A stretch of 63,539 nucleotides of DNA, counting the filler, from Rhabdomonas costata (Eukaryota): NCBI GenBank assembly GCA_019059605.1. It is 29 parts of 29 records of this genome, joined end to end, with 100 filler letters (N's around TTAATTAATTAA, not from the genome) between each part and the next. Parts side by side here need not be neighbours in the genome. Positions count along the whole stretch, not along the records: positions 61,447 to 63,539 come from JAHMHO010005714.1; 28 more parts are not named here. One strand, 5' to 3'. This document shows positions 63,212-63,539 of the stretch, one piece after another. Position 1 is the first letter of the stretch. Every line of letters starts with the position of its first letter. Under the pieces are notes generated by a model that was given only the letters and a program-made list of their open reading frames with translations, was not told the origin of the DNA and did not search any database. Made by a program: the position numbers and the translations under genes.

Positions 63212-63539
63212 CTGACCGCACGTGCGCATTCTTTTGGGCGACGTAACCGTTCGGCTGTGCAAAACATCTTTCACCTTTCATCTTTCACTAACGTGGACTA
63301 TTGTCAACACTGGGTTTTAGCGAGTAATTATCACTAGGTTGGTGACAGCGCCCGGGAGGCTTGGACGTATTGCCTAGCCTTCAGAACGATTCAGAACGAT
63401 GACCAGTTTTTCATCCCGAGTGTTAGTGTAACTGTGCCAGCGCTCTCGAAATAAGTATCATTAACTGGAGTTAGGTGAGGCAAATAGAAGGCTTAGAGAG
63501 AAAGCAATTTAGGGTTCATCAGCCTCAAAAACAAAACAC

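Noticed and set aside
1-63539. Most short six-frame ORFs; rRNA, tRNA, spliced-leader RNA, CRISPR arrays, nonconventional introns
   Set aside because: The short ORFs are antisense shadows or intron read-through. I recognised no RNA gene or CRISPR array, and nonconventional introns cannot be called without cDNA.

Overview
This window is not one locus. It is 29 unrelated ~2.1-kb contigs joined by 100-bp linkers (N-run + TTAATTAATTAA + N-run), so gene neighbourhoods across linkers carry no information. The DNA is from an intron-rich eukaryote: GC-rich exons and short GT-AG introns whose donors are mostly GTGYG/GTCYG rather than GTRAGT. That pattern and the gene families suggest a euglenozoan, probably a euglenid (inference). 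Host genes reconstructed by hand: a complete intronless old yellow enzyme; spliced fragments of two ankyrin proteins, a YbiC/HcxB-like dehydrogenase, site-1 protease, an alpha/beta hydrolase, a DEAD-box helicase tail and SPRY, UBA and Ig-like repeat proteins; and four contigs resembling dCache/receptor adenylate cyclases. Most notable: (i) an AT-rich contig with a decayed Mimiviridae-like Rpb5, an AAAATTGA motif and a hairpin, a candidate endogenous giant-virus fragment; (ii) a decayed Penelope-like retroelement with the GIY-YIG endonuclease upstream of the RT; (iii) an ADP-ribosyltransferase split by one in-frame TGA at a probable Trp position; (iv) a dispersed palindromic CGATGCCC-repeat element on two contigs. 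Several contig-end inverted repeats are probably fold-back artefacts. All family calls come from motif recognition by eye, not database searches.
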